Source: Octopus vulgaris (Eukaryota). Taken from it: a stretch of 64,000 nucleotides of DNA. Of the stretch, positions 12,380-25,768 are shown in pieces. The stretch's first letter is position 1. The number at the start of each line of letters is the position of its first letter. The DNA lies in NCBI GenBank assembly GCA_951406725.2, contig OX597832.1, forward strand, positions 34,224,001-34,288,000, in the 5' to 3' direction. Under the pieces are notes generated by a model, which was given only the letters and a program-made list of their open reading frames with translations, did no database searches and was not told where the DNA came from. The translations under genes were made by a program, and so were the position numbers.

Positions 12380-12703
12380 TAAAGTGTAAGGAAGAGTGTC
12401 AAATTGGAAGGGCCTTGTACCAGATTTAGTTCAAGGGTATTGGTTAAAGAAATTTAGAAACTTAGATGGGAGACTGAGGGAACAAATTCAGGATTGCCGA
12501 ATGGAGGAGTGATGCCTAATTAGATGACTAGAAAGAGACCGGTACTCCTTAGGAAAGATCTAAGCAAGGGCAATATAGCTAGTACTTAAAGATCAACACT
12601 TGCTTACCATTAGTGTGGAAACTATTAAGAGGAATTCTCTCAGAGAGCATTTATGAGCACCTGGGCAGCCAGATTTTACTTCCAGAAGAATGGAAAGGTT
12701 GCA
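12380..12703 (+). pseudogene. R4/Dong-type non-LTR RT N-terminal fragment
   Basis: Reads SNWKGLVPDLVQGYWLKKF...KDLSKGNIAS...TCLPLVWKLLRGILSESIYEHL..LLPEEWKGC, with frameshifts. Confidence 0.75.
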
Positions 12704-14150
12704 TGGCGTCATCCCGCCTAAACAAGATTTGAACTCGTAACAGAGATAAAAGTAAAGACTATGATACATCAGGTGTTTCTCCGAGAAGACAGAAAAGAAC
12801 CCACGACTGTGGCTGTCTCACATCCCAGGTTGTTGGATTTGAAGGGGTCAAACACGACTTTCTGCATTTCTTCAGGTTCCTTATCCTCCGAGTTCGAATT
12901 CCACTGAGATCAGATTTGTTTTCCATTATTTCAGGCTCCATAAATGAAGTACCAGTGTAGGGGCTGGACGGACGGAATGGATGCAGCATTGTACAAAATC
13001 CATAGTGGTAGTCATTGTGATCTGAACGCATATCCTGCCATGGCTTAAGAATGGCCCATGGTATTTTGTAACCTTCTGAAGGCAAATGATACATACTGCT
13101 ACAATGACGGTGATAATAATTATGATGGCAACAACAAGGATGATGATGATGACGTCGTTGACGATATTGATGATGACAATGGCAATAACAATGTCGATGA
13201 CAATGACGACAATTATGATGACGACGACGACGTTGTTACCGCTGGTGATGGTGACGGTGATGATGAACTGAAGCCATAGATTACTGGTATATATTTGAGG
13301 GACGGCCAACTACAGTACAATTTGAACTCAAAACATAAGAGTTTCAAAAGTAAACTCACAAATATTTCATCTAACCCTCCCTACCACATTTCTTTCAACT
13401 AACCATCATTGGAGGCTTTACCTGGTTACACATCTTGCTCGGAATAGCAGCCATCTCCTCAAAAACAAAATTTCTAAAATGAATGACGTTGGATAAGATC
13501 CTCTAGGCACTGTATCTGAGAAACAAAAACAACAGTGTGGTCCCAGTTGGAAAGCCTTTTCATTATAGCTCTGCTTTCTCAGGCTTGACCTAGGGCTAAA
13601 CAGCAACAACTGTCGTTCTAATAACGTTTGAACCACCATGGTATTATTCGATCTCCAATATTTTTAAAATGGAAGAAAGTTGTATAACATAGTGCTATAC
13701 ATTCTATGACTTATAAAGAAAAAACAGGATGTTATTATGGATGGAACGCTTTTAAGCATAGCTCTTCTGGTTCAGAGCTGATTTGAAACTAAACCACTGC
13801 AGGAGGAACCAGCTAGCAAAAAAGCCGAATTTTGTATGATATAACCCCTAGCGAAACTTGTAGCATTATCATAGAAATAGATGAACACAATGGATAATGT
13901 GAGACTAGATAAACTGACAAAACAAAGAAAACCTAATTGTTATGACAGAAGAGTCTATGATTAAATGTCTGCTTATAGTTAGTTTGATCTAAGAAGAAAC
14001 AACATCAACAACAACAAGAGTTCATCGACCTTGACTGTTTTCTTCAATGGGAAAATAAAAGATAAATGTTTTGAAAAAGCTCAGCTTTAGTTTTCTTCTC
14101 AATCAATGTCTACGTTGAAATCTCTGATTAAATTTGTCATCTGACTTTTG

Positions 14151-14158
14151 TGACGTCA
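14151..14158. promoter_or_regulatory. Perfect CRE palindrome TGACGTCA about 90 bp upstream of the orphan ORF
   Basis: Exact match to the CREB/CREM consensus; function is unproven. Confidence 0.25.
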
Positions 14159-14249
14159 AAAACCAAAAAGTTTGTTAATAGAATTGGTGGGAATACGGTG
14201 AGAATGATCCAAAAGGTAAACAGAAGAATCTGAAGAATTGTGTTGAAAG

Positions 14250-15080
14250 ATGAACATTATAAAACATGGTAATTTAAAGAAACATAAAAGTCTTTTATCA
14301 AAATTGAAGAAAGAGTACACGAAATCAAGAAGATTTTGCGGCTTTATCAGGTTAGGTTCTTCAGAAGTGGACAGAAATGATTGGGAAAAACCATTAGTGG
14401 ATATAATTGAAGAGAACGATACTTCAAGCGATAAACAAAAATATTTCTCTCCTCTATCAAACCAAAATTTGGAACATTCCATTTCTACAGTATCGAACGA
14501 AATTTTAGTGCGTGAATCAGAAGTGAAAAGCTTTCAGGTTGATTGTGAACGTAATAATGTTAAGATTGCGAACCCTACTTTGTTCGTAGAAAATGGAGGG
14601 AAAACACAGGAGGTAGATAATCTTTGTGACCTGACGATTATCACAGATTTTAATCATGATATTAATATGAGTAGATTATCCGACATGTCATATGATTATT
14701 ACGAATTGAAAAAACGAATAACTAATCTCTATACTGAAATGGATGTTATGTTTAACCAAACGAAAATCGAATTCCGAAACCTGTACCGCAAATTGCACAA
14801 GTCTTTGTATCGTTCTTCTATTCCGAATCATCTTGATGGGTTTCTCAGAGGACTTGCTATTAGGAATGCAGATGTCGACAGATATTTTCAGCTATGTCGA
14901 GAGATGGATAAAATTTCGAAAAGGATTTTCGAAAATTACAAGCTGATGGTGAAAATGTCGAAAATGACGCTTGATTATGAGAAAATACAAAATAAAGTGA
15001 TATCAAAATATGTTAAAGACAAGGCCCTGTCAGCTTTTAGGAAAAGGACAACGACGGTGAACGATTGCTCAATACGATAA
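14250..15080 (+). CDS. Orphan single-exon ORF, 276 aa, predicted helical C-terminal half
   Basis: 831-bp open frame in non-repetitive AT-rich DNA; ATG has A at -3 and an in-frame TGA 6 nt upstream; AATAAA at 15126-15131; no TE motif recognised. Confidence 0.55.
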   Translation: MNIIKHGNLKKHKSLLSKLKKEYTKSRRFCGFIRLGSSEVDRNDWEKPLVDIIEENDTSSDKQKYFSPLSNQNLEHSISTVSNEILVRESEVKSFQVDCERNNVKIANPTLFVENGGKTQEVDNLCDLTIITDFNHDINMSRLSDMSYDYYELKKRITNLYTEMDVMFNQTKIEFRNLYRKLHKSLYRSSIPNHLDGFLRGLAIRNADVDRYFQLCREMDKISKRIFENYKLMVKMSKMTLDYEKIQNKVISKYVKDKALSAFRKRTTTVNDCSIR

Positions 15081-15816
15081 CAAACATGGCGAATGTGAAT
15101 TACAGCAAACATAAACAGATAAACAAATAAAAAAGATACATGAGGAAAAGAAGAAGAATGGAAGGAAAACAAAGGAAAGAATGAATGAAAAATTTATAGT
15201 TATGTCTGTGAAGTGAATTGAAAGGAAAAAAAAAGCGGAAAATTCATTTGACATGCGCAGCAAAAGATAATAGCTTATACATATATTTATTAGTTTTGTT
15301 ATTTTTATCTATATGAACACAACAATCCTTTTATAGAAATAATTTAATAACGTTAGTTACTGGATAAATCTATTTTAATTATCTAAACAGACACCACCGT
15401 TAAATTGTAATCAGACTCACAGATCTATAATTCTTTTTATCCGTTTAAACCATTCCAATGAATATAATATATATATATACTTCAATTGCTTCTATTGTAT
15501 AAATATGTATATATATGTATATAATTATATATATATGTATATATACACACACACGCATTCTTTTCTTTTAAAGTAATTCTCTTTAGTTTCACATTGATTT
15601 GTTTTGCTTTGCATTTTTTTGGGTTATGTTTGTTTTTTTCATTCTAAGTTGCTTTAAAAACTAACAACTAATCGATACCATTAAGTGTAATCCATTATAT
15701 TCTTAATTTGTTTTATGTCCAAAAGAAGATTATGGTTGTTTGTTCCGAATAATAATAATGATAATAATAATAATAATAACGAGGAGGAGAAATTTGATGA
15801 TGATGGTGGTGGTGGT

Positions 15817-15869
<53 letters not shown>

Positions 15870-16038
15870 CTATGGCAGCAGCGACGGTGGTGGTGTCAAT
15901 GATGATGATGATGATAACACTAATAATGTATTCAAAATTTAACGCCCGGCATTTTTTCTTATGTATGAACCATTAAATTAAGTAACTGAGTCTTCTGATA
16001 AAAATCTCTTCATTCCCATTTTATACATACATACATAG

Positions 16039-17310
16039 ATGCGAGACCTTGGCATTGCTGGTAAACTGAGAGAGTAGCTGCATGGCTTCTTTAAAGACAG
16101 AAGTCGGGCATTTGCAGATAATGGTGCCCTTTGTGAGGTAACTCACTTTCTGAATGGCATCCCCCAGGAAACTGTCCCTGATTCATTATTGTTTATAATA
16201 CCCCTCTTAAACATGCCCACGTCCATTCATACAACCACTCTCACTAACTACACCGATGATACAAGATTATGACGAGCAATGAAAAATGCAAATGTCGTTG
16301 CAATTTATACAGCAGGAACTGAATGCAGTATACAAGCGGGTTGACTTAAACAACATGCAGTTTAATGCGGGAAAATTTCAAGCAATGCACAATCCTGCGT
16401 ATACAGGACCTGAAGGTGCTGCAATCCCAGACTCACAGCAGCGAAACACTTGGAGATCAGCATGCACAATGATCCATCATTTCATATGCACATTACCAAG
16501 ATGGCAGTAATGGGCAGACAACTGTTAGGATGGATACCTTCAGATGTATGAACCATTAAATTAAGTAATTGAATCTTCTGATAAAAATCTCTTCATTCCC
16601 ATTTTATACATACATACATACATAGCTGGTCCTTCAGGATGGAAGCTCCTTCAGAAAAAGAAAACAACTTATGTTGCCCCTCTGGATGGCCTTTTTTCTC
16701 AGCTGCCTGGACTACTACTCTCAGCTATGCTCACCACCTAGTGCCAAACTAAACGCGGAGAAGAAGCAGTCCTACAAGATTGAAGAAATGCAACCGATTA
16801 GCTCCAGGTAGATACTGAAAAAACTACGACTTTACTACTTGTAGCGAAGATGAGACAGATAAGTAATAATGTGCCTCTACCTAATTTCGTCATTGAGCGA
16901 TATATAAATGCCCGAACTTAACGCCATTGTATTGTACCAAAGGTATCCTTAAGGAACAGGCAATGCATTAGTTCAAAGGTCTACAGTTCTTCAATGTCCT
17001 GCCACAAAAATTAAGAAACCTTCATAATGACGGCGTAAATGTCTTCAGAAGGGAACTAGACATTCTCCTCTCTACAATACCGGATGAACCGACGGCCCGG
17101 CATTAGGCGCAGACGATGGCAGAGTAGTCAAGCTCCCTCATACACCAAATAGGCCAACAGCCGGGATAACGGTACACACAGGAGTGGTGATGTGAGACTC
17201 TACGACCCTGAGGAAATCAACCGAAGGACAATTATAAGTAAAAGTACAAAATCCCAGTGGTGCTCCAGCATGATCGCAATTGCGTGGTTGAAACGAATAA
17301 AAGAATAAAG
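16039..17310 (+). mobile_element. Decayed CR1-group LINE 3' portion (RT C-terminal half to tail)
   Basis: GIPQETV, YTDDT, NNMQFNAGKFQ and IPDEP motifs; tail gtggtgctccagcatg...gaaac-gaataaaagaataaag. Confidence 0.75.
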
Positions 17311-17508
17311 GAATATATATATATATATATGTATATGTATATATATATTTATATGTATATGTATATATATGTATATGTATATGTATTTGTATATATATAT
17401 GTATATGTATTTGTATATATATATGTATATGTGTATATGTATTTGTATATGTATATATATATATATGTATATGTATATGTATATATGTATATATGTATAT
17501 GTATATAT

Positions 17509-17574
<66 letters not shown>

Positions 17575-17577
<3 letters not shown>

Positions 17578-18378
17578 AGCATCCAAAACTGAATATTAAA
17601 CTTACAGGGTACACCGGTCCACAGGGAATTTCAATCCCAGAGCCTAAGTCTGTGAGGGACCTGGGTATCGACATGAGTGATGATACCTCTTTCCAAGTGC
17701 ACATTACCAGGGTGGCGACAAAGTGCAGACGACTGACTGGATGGATCCTAAGAACATTCAGAACCAGAGATAAGGAAACCATGATGGTCCTCTGGCGGAC
17801 ATTCGTCCTCAGCCGCCTGGATTACTGCTCACAGCTATGGTCACCCACCAGTGTGAGATTAACAGCGGACCTTGAAGCAATCCAGAGAAGATTCACAAAG
17901 AAGATCGTCTCTTTGCAACAGCTCAGCTACTGGAAAAGGTTGAAACAGCTAAGACTCTACTCCCTGGAGAGAAGACGGGAGAGGTATGCAGTAATATATA
18001 TCTGGAAGATCCTGGAAGGAATTGTGCAAAATTTTGGCATTAAAAGCTACACCAATGCGAGAACGGGATAACACTGCATAGTACCAAAGATCCCAGCAAT
18101 GCCATCATGCTTCAGGACCAGTTACTGCAACAGCCTGGGTTTCAAGGGAGCACATATTTTTAATATCCCCCCAAAGAGTCTGAGGAACCTGCGCAAAGTA
18201 GATGTAGGGTTTTTTTAATCAGAGCTGGACCTCTTCCTGTCGAGAGTCCCAGATGAGCCTACCTCACGGCAAGAGGTGCAAATGAGAGTAGCTATATCAA
18301 ACTCTATTCTTCATCAAGTGCCACATATTAGAGGAGGCTCCTAGTAATAACAGTGTAGCGCAAAACGGTGGTGCATCA
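17575..18378 (+). mobile_element. CR1-group LINE 3' fragment, 5' end in (TA)n
   Basis: [39 protein letters not shown], colinear with the C-terminus of 3201-6092. Confidence 0.88.
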
Positions 18379-18528
18379 GATAGATAAATAGATAGATTGA
18401 TAGATAAATAGATAGACAGATAGGATTGATAGATCGATAGTGCAAGACAACAAAAGAATGAAAAAGTCCTCGATATTATGTAAATAGAGGAATTTACATG
18501 TAAATATAATGTGACAATTAATCGGTAG

Positions 18529-18596
18529 CCATGATAAAACTCCGAGTTTCGGATGTCGGGGCGGAAACCCACACCGGCATCTCTTCAGTTATCTGG
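18529..18596 (-). ncRNA. Type I hammerhead motif, canonical C3:G8 core
   Basis: cca-gataa-CUGAAGA-gatgccgg...ccgacatc-c-GAAA-CUCGGAG-UU-ttatc-atgg. Confidence 0.65.
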
Positions 18597-19154
18597 CCAT
18601 CGAAAAAAATGCTATGAACATGACCGCTTAAATAAAAGGAAATTAATGTGTGATTGACCGTTATTAAGAGAAAAGAGCTATTAGAATGACCGCTAAGTGA
18701 GAGGAGGGAGTAAAGGTAAGGGAGTAAAAATGTTCATAGTAATCGCGTAAGCGCGCATGTCCATACATACACAGGCGCGCCCGCTCACCCACATCCATGC
18801 GCCTATATGTATATACTCATCCACCCTCACTTGAAACACACATGCTCACCCACACATTCGCCAAAAAATATATACTTACCTTCATTCACGCTCGCACACA
18901 CACGCGCACAAAAAATAGCTTCAACCATTCAAAATACAACAATCAAGGCACTCCCAAATTTTTCCACCCCCTCTCCTCTTCAGCTTTCTTCTTCTTCTAC
19001 CCTACCAAGAATTCACAACGACCTCGAACACACAAGTGCAAACAAGAGAGTCAGAGAAAGGCAGAATGCCACTTATATTTGAACACTACTATACAAATAT
19101 TCCTTTAAAAAAACTTTTCTTCTAATTTTTCTAAATTTAATTATTTAATCGTTA

Positions 19155-19192
19155 CAGTTGAAAAGGTCTCAAAATGACCGAAACCGGTACTG
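19155..19192 (+). ncRNA. Minimal type I hammerhead motif, U3:A8 core
   Basis: cag-UUGAAAA-GGTC tcaaaat GACC-GAAA-CCGG-UA-ctg; stem III palindrome ACCGGT. Confidence 0.7.
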
Positions 19193-19281
19193 AAATGTTC
19201 TTTATAAAATTATTTTAGCATTTTCTATTTTGACTAGTTTTTTCATATATATCAACTCGTGTGTGCCTTTTCACCCTTATA

Positions 19282-19334
<53 letters not shown>

Positions 19335-20072
19335 GTGTGTGTTTATATATATGTATCTGCACATATATATACACAGACATGCCTATCTATCTAAATACAC
19401 AGATATATATCGACCAATAAATTATATGCACAAAGGGACGCGTCATGACTGGCAATCGCATTGGGGTTCACCGAAATGTTTAGAAGAGAATCATGGAATA
19501 TAATAGCAAAGTCATGGAAAATACCAACACTTCATGTCGACTTTCACACATGTGGCTGTCTTTGCTCACAGCACCCGCTGCTTTGCAAGCTAAGGCCGAA
19601 GCAAAACTTTCCTCGTGTGACTAACGGATGGCTCCATCAATCTTTACGTGTATACGTCTGTGCGTATGTTTGTGTGTGTGTGTGTGTGTGTGCGTGTGTG
19701 CGTGCGCACTGAGATAGATAGGTCTAAAGAATGACAGATATATAATAACAGGCACAAAACTACCCACAACTGCTCATTGTCTGGCGCTTGTATATACCAC
19801 AGGATATCCGCTTATAAAATCATCAGGGACCGTTTATCGATTGACACGCCTCTGTTCACAATGTTCTAACGACCAACACTCAACGACATTAGTGAAACAA
19901 CAGACATTTTATGACAGATGTTTCAGCCCCTTGTCTTATTGCGTACCTCAATCGTAGTCAGTTTGTTCAATGTACAGCATAAATGACGTAAGCCGTATTA
20001 TTTATGCGGCTGGTACTTCCTTTAGTAAAAAGTATATGCATATATATATATATATATACGTATACATATATA

Positions 20073-20120
<48 letters not shown>

Positions 20121-20699
20121 TATAAACATATATATATATATGTAGCTTTATATATATTCTTTTATATATATATATACATATATACACATGTATATGTATG
20201 TGCGTGCGTGTGTGTGTGGGGGGGAGAGTAAGTGTGTTGTATAAATACTTTACATTTAATTTCCGTGTAGCACATCGGATAAGCTGTAGAGACGAAAATT
20301 GTATGAAATCTTAGATATCATTTCTAGGATTATGTGATTACTACATCAATGATGATACGATGATAATGGCGATGACAAAGATGATAACAACAACAATAAT
20401 AATAATAACAATGTTAATAATAATAATAATGATGATGATGAATCAGGTTGCTTTTCTGTTCATTCTTTTTCTCTCTCACTACTTACATAAATTATTCACA
20501 TATTACTAAGATGAGATGAACATTAGGAGTTTTATGAATTCTACGGAGAATTACCAATTTTTTTTTTTTAATTTTACGATTGATAATAATTTGATAGCCA
20601 AATATCTTTGGTCCGGCAAAAGTATAAACAAATTATCATTCGATTGCTTAGACATACATACATATATACATTTTTGTAAAGAGTATATATGTGAATGTA

Positions 20700-20880
20700 T
20701 GTGTGACGGTGAGTGCATATCTGTTTTGTCTTCACCATTTGACAACCACTGTTGGTTTGTTTACGTCCCCATAACATTGTGCAACTATGTAGTAGGGTCA
20801 ATTTGATCCATTAAACACCTCAAGATGATGTCCCAACTCGGTCGCAGTCCACTGACTGAAGCAACCAAAAGATAAAAGAT
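20700..20880 (+). mobile_element. SINE family B 3' fragment
   Basis: ttgacaacc..gtttacgtcccc..gcagtcc actgactgaag tail, matching 43320-43490. Confidence 0.6.
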
Positions 20881-21663
20881 ATTATTTAAAACACTTGTTT
20901 AGAAAGATACTCCATGCATTTTAGATAAGCATGAGTTACGTTCAGTTAACGGGAATTACTTTAAAATTCTCGGTTTCTACAAACATCCCGCACTTTCTCA
21001 TACGTACCCGCTCATAGTACTCCAGCCCTGAACTGAAAACCTATGTTCTAAGCTATTGTACCTCTCTTAAATATGGATGAAGACAGTCATAATAAGCAGA
21101 TATTGACAAGGCAAGGAGCTTTTTGCTAGAGACAGACACAGGTTTGTGGTTTGACGATAAAATCTATAAACATTACATGGTTAGGCTATGCTTAAAACAT
21201 GTCTATTAAACATACGCATATATATGTATTCTTATATAAATGTGTGCGTATATGTGTGTGTGTTTGTCTGTACATGTATATATCATGTGTGTTCCTGTGT
21301 GTTTCATTCTAGACACACGCACACACACAATTCATGAAAGTCTCAGTATCAAAATGGAAATAAATTGAATTTATGAGGTATATGTGTATGATTGAACGAG
21401 AAAACTTGTGTATGTAGGTTTGTCTGCGTTAGTATATTTCTCTGAATGTAGGTGGATGAATGTATATGCGTGCAAATGTACATGAGGGTGTATGTTTGCA
21501 TTTGTGTGTGTATATGCATACGGCCATTTAAAAACAACCCATTTCGTTTTAACGTCCATATATTAAATAAAACTTATTTATTAACAACATTCACTCGACT
21601 TATCGATAGAGAGCACTCAATTATATAGTTTTCCTCCTGTTTTACGACTAATATATATATATG

Positions 21664-21803
<140 letters not shown>

Positions 21804-22424
21804 CATATATATATATATATATGCGTACTATACAGAAACCATGCATTGCCATGACGATCGTTAAATCATAAATTATTATATAACTTAAACAACCAGTTAA
21901 ATTTACGTCTAGAGTTATATGAACTTTATGAATATTGTTTAATTGCTAACAATAAAACGTTGCAGGTATTTGAGAGTTGTGTCTGAAACTAGAAGCTAGG
22001 CTTTATCGGAAAACGATGATTGCATCTCAAAACTTAAGACAAATATGGTGAACCTGTTTTATGTCAAGAGAACGACTATCTCCAAGGAATGTCTGAAGGC
22101 AAAGAATAAATAGAAGTGTGTTTAAGAAGTAGCTCAACTTGCTGGAAATAATAGCTAGATTACTGTCAAATGATACGCTACTCTCTTAAGTAGTTGATAT
22201 CTTAGTTAAGTCACAGTACATATACAAAATATAAACATAAACCATAAGACCTGATAGGTATAGACTGCTAGGATATTTGATTATATTTCTACGCAGCAAA
22301 GGTAGTCTCAGGGCTAAACAACAATTATAAGAGCCATTTCGACGATGACGGCGATAATGACAACAACAGTAGCAGCAACAACTTGAAGCCGAGTCTAGGC
22401 CGACGGTGGTAACTGGTGGTAACT

Positions 22425-22872
22425 CGATAGCGCTTTGGATAGAATTCTTAGTGGTATTTCCTCCGACTAATCACATTCTGAGTTCAAATGCCACCGCCGT
22501 CAACTTTATCTTTCAACCCTCTGGAATCGACAAGATAAAGCATTAGCCTACTATTGGGCTGGTGCATAATTATTTTTTTCAACAAAATTTATTCAACAGA
22601 AACAATATCAATATTTAACAAAAACATCTTTGAATGGCGGTCTGACCGTCTGCCAAGCAAACGGGAAGCAGTAATTGAAGGAGATGGTGAATATGCTCCG
22701 GAATAATCATTTAAAGATGTTTTTGTTACATGTTGCTATTGTTTTTGCTGAATAAAAAAAGCCGCAATAAGTATGCTCCAACCGAATGCTATAAACGTGG
22801 GGAGGGGTTTCGATGTATTCGACTATTCCCCTCCCCTCAAAATAACTGGCGCTTTGCCTAAATTAGAAAAAC
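22425..22872 (+). mobile_element. SINE family A interrupted by a mariner MITE
   Basis: SINE-A 5' half at 22425-22551 and 3' half at about 22800-22872. Confidence 0.6.
22552..22788. mobile_element. Mariner-derived MITE
   Basis: TA + TTGGGCTGGTGCATAATTATT ... AATAAGTATGCTCCAACCGAA TIRs; internal remnant DRLPSKREAVIEGDGEYAPE* matches a mariner transposase C-terminus. Confidence 0.8.
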
Positions 22873-23639
22873 TTTATTAAGTCGACTTTCATTTCGTGCT
22901 TCCAGAGTTGATGAAATACAAATGTTTAAAATAAAGATCTTTCTTCTGCCAAGTGTGACCTTGAGTCTGGTAGAATCATTAGATTGTAGATAGGTCGACC
23001 TTTCTGCATTCGCTCAGGCTCTGAATTCAAATTCGGTTATGGGGTCGGCATTGCCTTTTATCCTTTCGTGGATGATAAAATAGAGAACCAGTCAAGTCCT
23101 CGGGTTGCAATAACTAGCATGCTCGCTTCCCTAACGTTGCTGACTTTGTGCCTAAAATTTGAAAGAAGTAGTAGATGATAGATAGATATAGATTATGTGC
23201 GCGTGTGTGTGTGTGTATGTTCGTTCGTGTGTGTATGTGCGTTCGTGTATATGCGTTCGTGTGTGTGTGTGTGTGTTTATCATCACTCGCATATATATAT
23301 ATAGTGTATGTGCTTTGTGTATGTACCAAGTTTGCTGTGGGATGGTGTGCAGGGGAAGCTCCCCACACGATGCCGAGTGTTAAAGAACACTTCAATGTCA
23401 CATACCAGGCGAGACAAGTCGGCTCGGAATCACCGAGAATGGTAGATACTCGAATCATCTCGAAAAAAATCGTCGGTCTCTGACTTATATCAAAATAGAT
23501 TGAAGTGTTACAAAATTAAATTCCCCGTACGTTATCCTGCAGCTGATTTTGGCGTATGAGCAGAACATACACAGCCGGTAGGTGTGCGACCGATAAGGCT
23601 TACATTATTACGAGAGCTGGTTTCAATTCGTAATTTAAT

Positions 23640-24190
23640 GTTTAAATAACTTTTTGCTGTTATTCTATAGAAATTATAACCAGAACTGATTTTTGTTACG
23701 ACGTTTCGTATAGAAGTCAGATGTAAACAACAATGAGATCGTTGAAGGTGAAGACCATAGAAGATCGAAGATGAAAAGGGTAATGCGCGTATAATCCATA
23801 TTTCTGGGGGTTTTGCCCCTTTATCGACACTCATTTAACCCCTTAATCATCCACGAACGCATTACTTAAATGGCCAATAAATACAGTGGTGTAACTTTAT
23901 TGGATATACCAATTTTACCTATTAAACGCATTGCTTGAAGCTGCTATGTAAATATTAATGTCTTGTATATAGTGGTTACTTAAGCAATGTGCTCGGAGAT
24001 GGTTCAAGGGTTGATGAGTGCTGATGAAGGGGTAAATCCCACGAAATATGGCATCTACGCCCATTAGCGTTTTTTTCATCTTCGATCTCATTGTTTGTTT
24101 ACGTCTGACGTCACGAATACGAAACGTTGTAACAAAAACCAATGCTGGCTTAGAACTTCAATAGAAAATCTGTAGAAATAACTTTAACAA
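23640..24190. repeat. Old inverted pair of PLE-terminus-like repeats with decayed hammerhead cores
   Basis: 23640-23870 is a diverged reverse complement of 23975-24190; CTGATGA-a-GGG..CCC..GAAA at 24021-24046. Confidence 0.65.
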
Positions 24191-24771
24191 TTGATGCAAA
24201 ATGCACTGTAGAACACAATATGGACATATGAAAATGTTTAATGTACTTTATCGTATATTTTATGGTTGCATAATGAAATACCGCGTGCCTACAAGTCATT
24301 AATTTTCGGAGAATAGTTCCTTGAAGATTAAGTGTTTACAGAATATGAGACAACTTTGAGCAGACGAGGTCCATCTGCTATGCAGAGGGTTGTCGACCGG
24401 TCAGTGACACCAGTGAAGAAAATGAAATGCCTGTGGCTGAAGCATTCACTCAAATTCCATAGAGATCAAGATAGGGGTCTTCCTATGAAATCAGCATCTC
24501 CCGCCGATCTTTTAGTCAACTTATGAATCAATTTTAATAAAGAAATAGAGAAATATAAAGAACATTCCACTCATACTGCATACCTAGTTTTGCCCATGCA
24601 CGTATACTTTGACACACACAAACACACAAACACACAAAATCACACGTATAAACTCACACGCACAGTCATTAATATACACTTTGCACTCTCTAATGTTTAC
24701 AAACATAAATCACAAGCGTACCGTACATACATATATGTGTGTTATGTGTGTGTGTGTGTATTTATATACAT

Positions 24772-24833
<62 letters not shown>

Positions 24834-25314
24834 GTCTGTGCCAGTTCGCTATTGATCTCGTCCACAATCACAAATTATTATACATAATAATTATGGTGTC
24901 GCTATGACAACTGAATCGACAAGCTGAAATCACAAATTCCACCAAATTTCCTGCGGACATTGGCTTCAGGCATCAGATATCTAAGAAATGTGTTGGAAAC
25001 CATTAGAGGGCGAAGATAAGGTTTGACAAGTTCTCATCTAATTCTGCGCCGACGTAACACGTTGATTTGCTGATACAATCAGCCCTCGCTGTCCTTCGCT
25101 AGCCGCCGCCATGAAACGCATGTCTTCAGCCGCTCCCTCGTCGCCCTTCCGACTTGCTCTATGAGAATAACTTATAGAGATAGACATTATAATTACATGG
25201 TGATATACAGAGGGTGAGGGGGAGCTCTAAGAGGTGGTATGAACAGGCTTGAAGAAGAAGCTAATGTTTCGTCGAAGTGTCAGCCTACCATTTCAAGAAA
25301 AAGAAAAATAGATT

Positions 25315-25567
25315 AAGAAGCTCACTTTACAACCACGTGGTTTTGGGTTCGATGCTACTGCACGGCACTTTAGGCAAGTGTCTTCTACTGCTATAGCCCC
25401 ACACTGTCCAATACGTTGTGACTGAATTTGGTAGTCTAAAATTTTATGGATGTCAATCTTGTGTCTATCTATCTATCCATCTCACTCTCTCTCTTTCTAT
25501 CTATCTATCTATCTGTCTGTTTGTCTGTCTGTCTATCTTCCTATCTACCCATCTCTTTCTCTCTCTC

Positions 25568-25608
<41 letters not shown>

Positions 25609-25717
25609 TCGGGGTGAGTACTTGATAATTATAAGCACCTGTGTATACCGTTTGGTGGTGTAGGTGGTGGAGTAAATTGATCAAAATATCCTTGGCATCA
25701 TGTTTTTATTTTGATCA

Positions 25718-25768
<51 letters not shown>

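Noticed and set aside
15715-15976. Poly-Gly/Asn/Asp ORF
   Set aside because: Compound trinucleotide microsatellite with no non-repetitive coding context; the same applies to 13058-13279 and 37500-37610.
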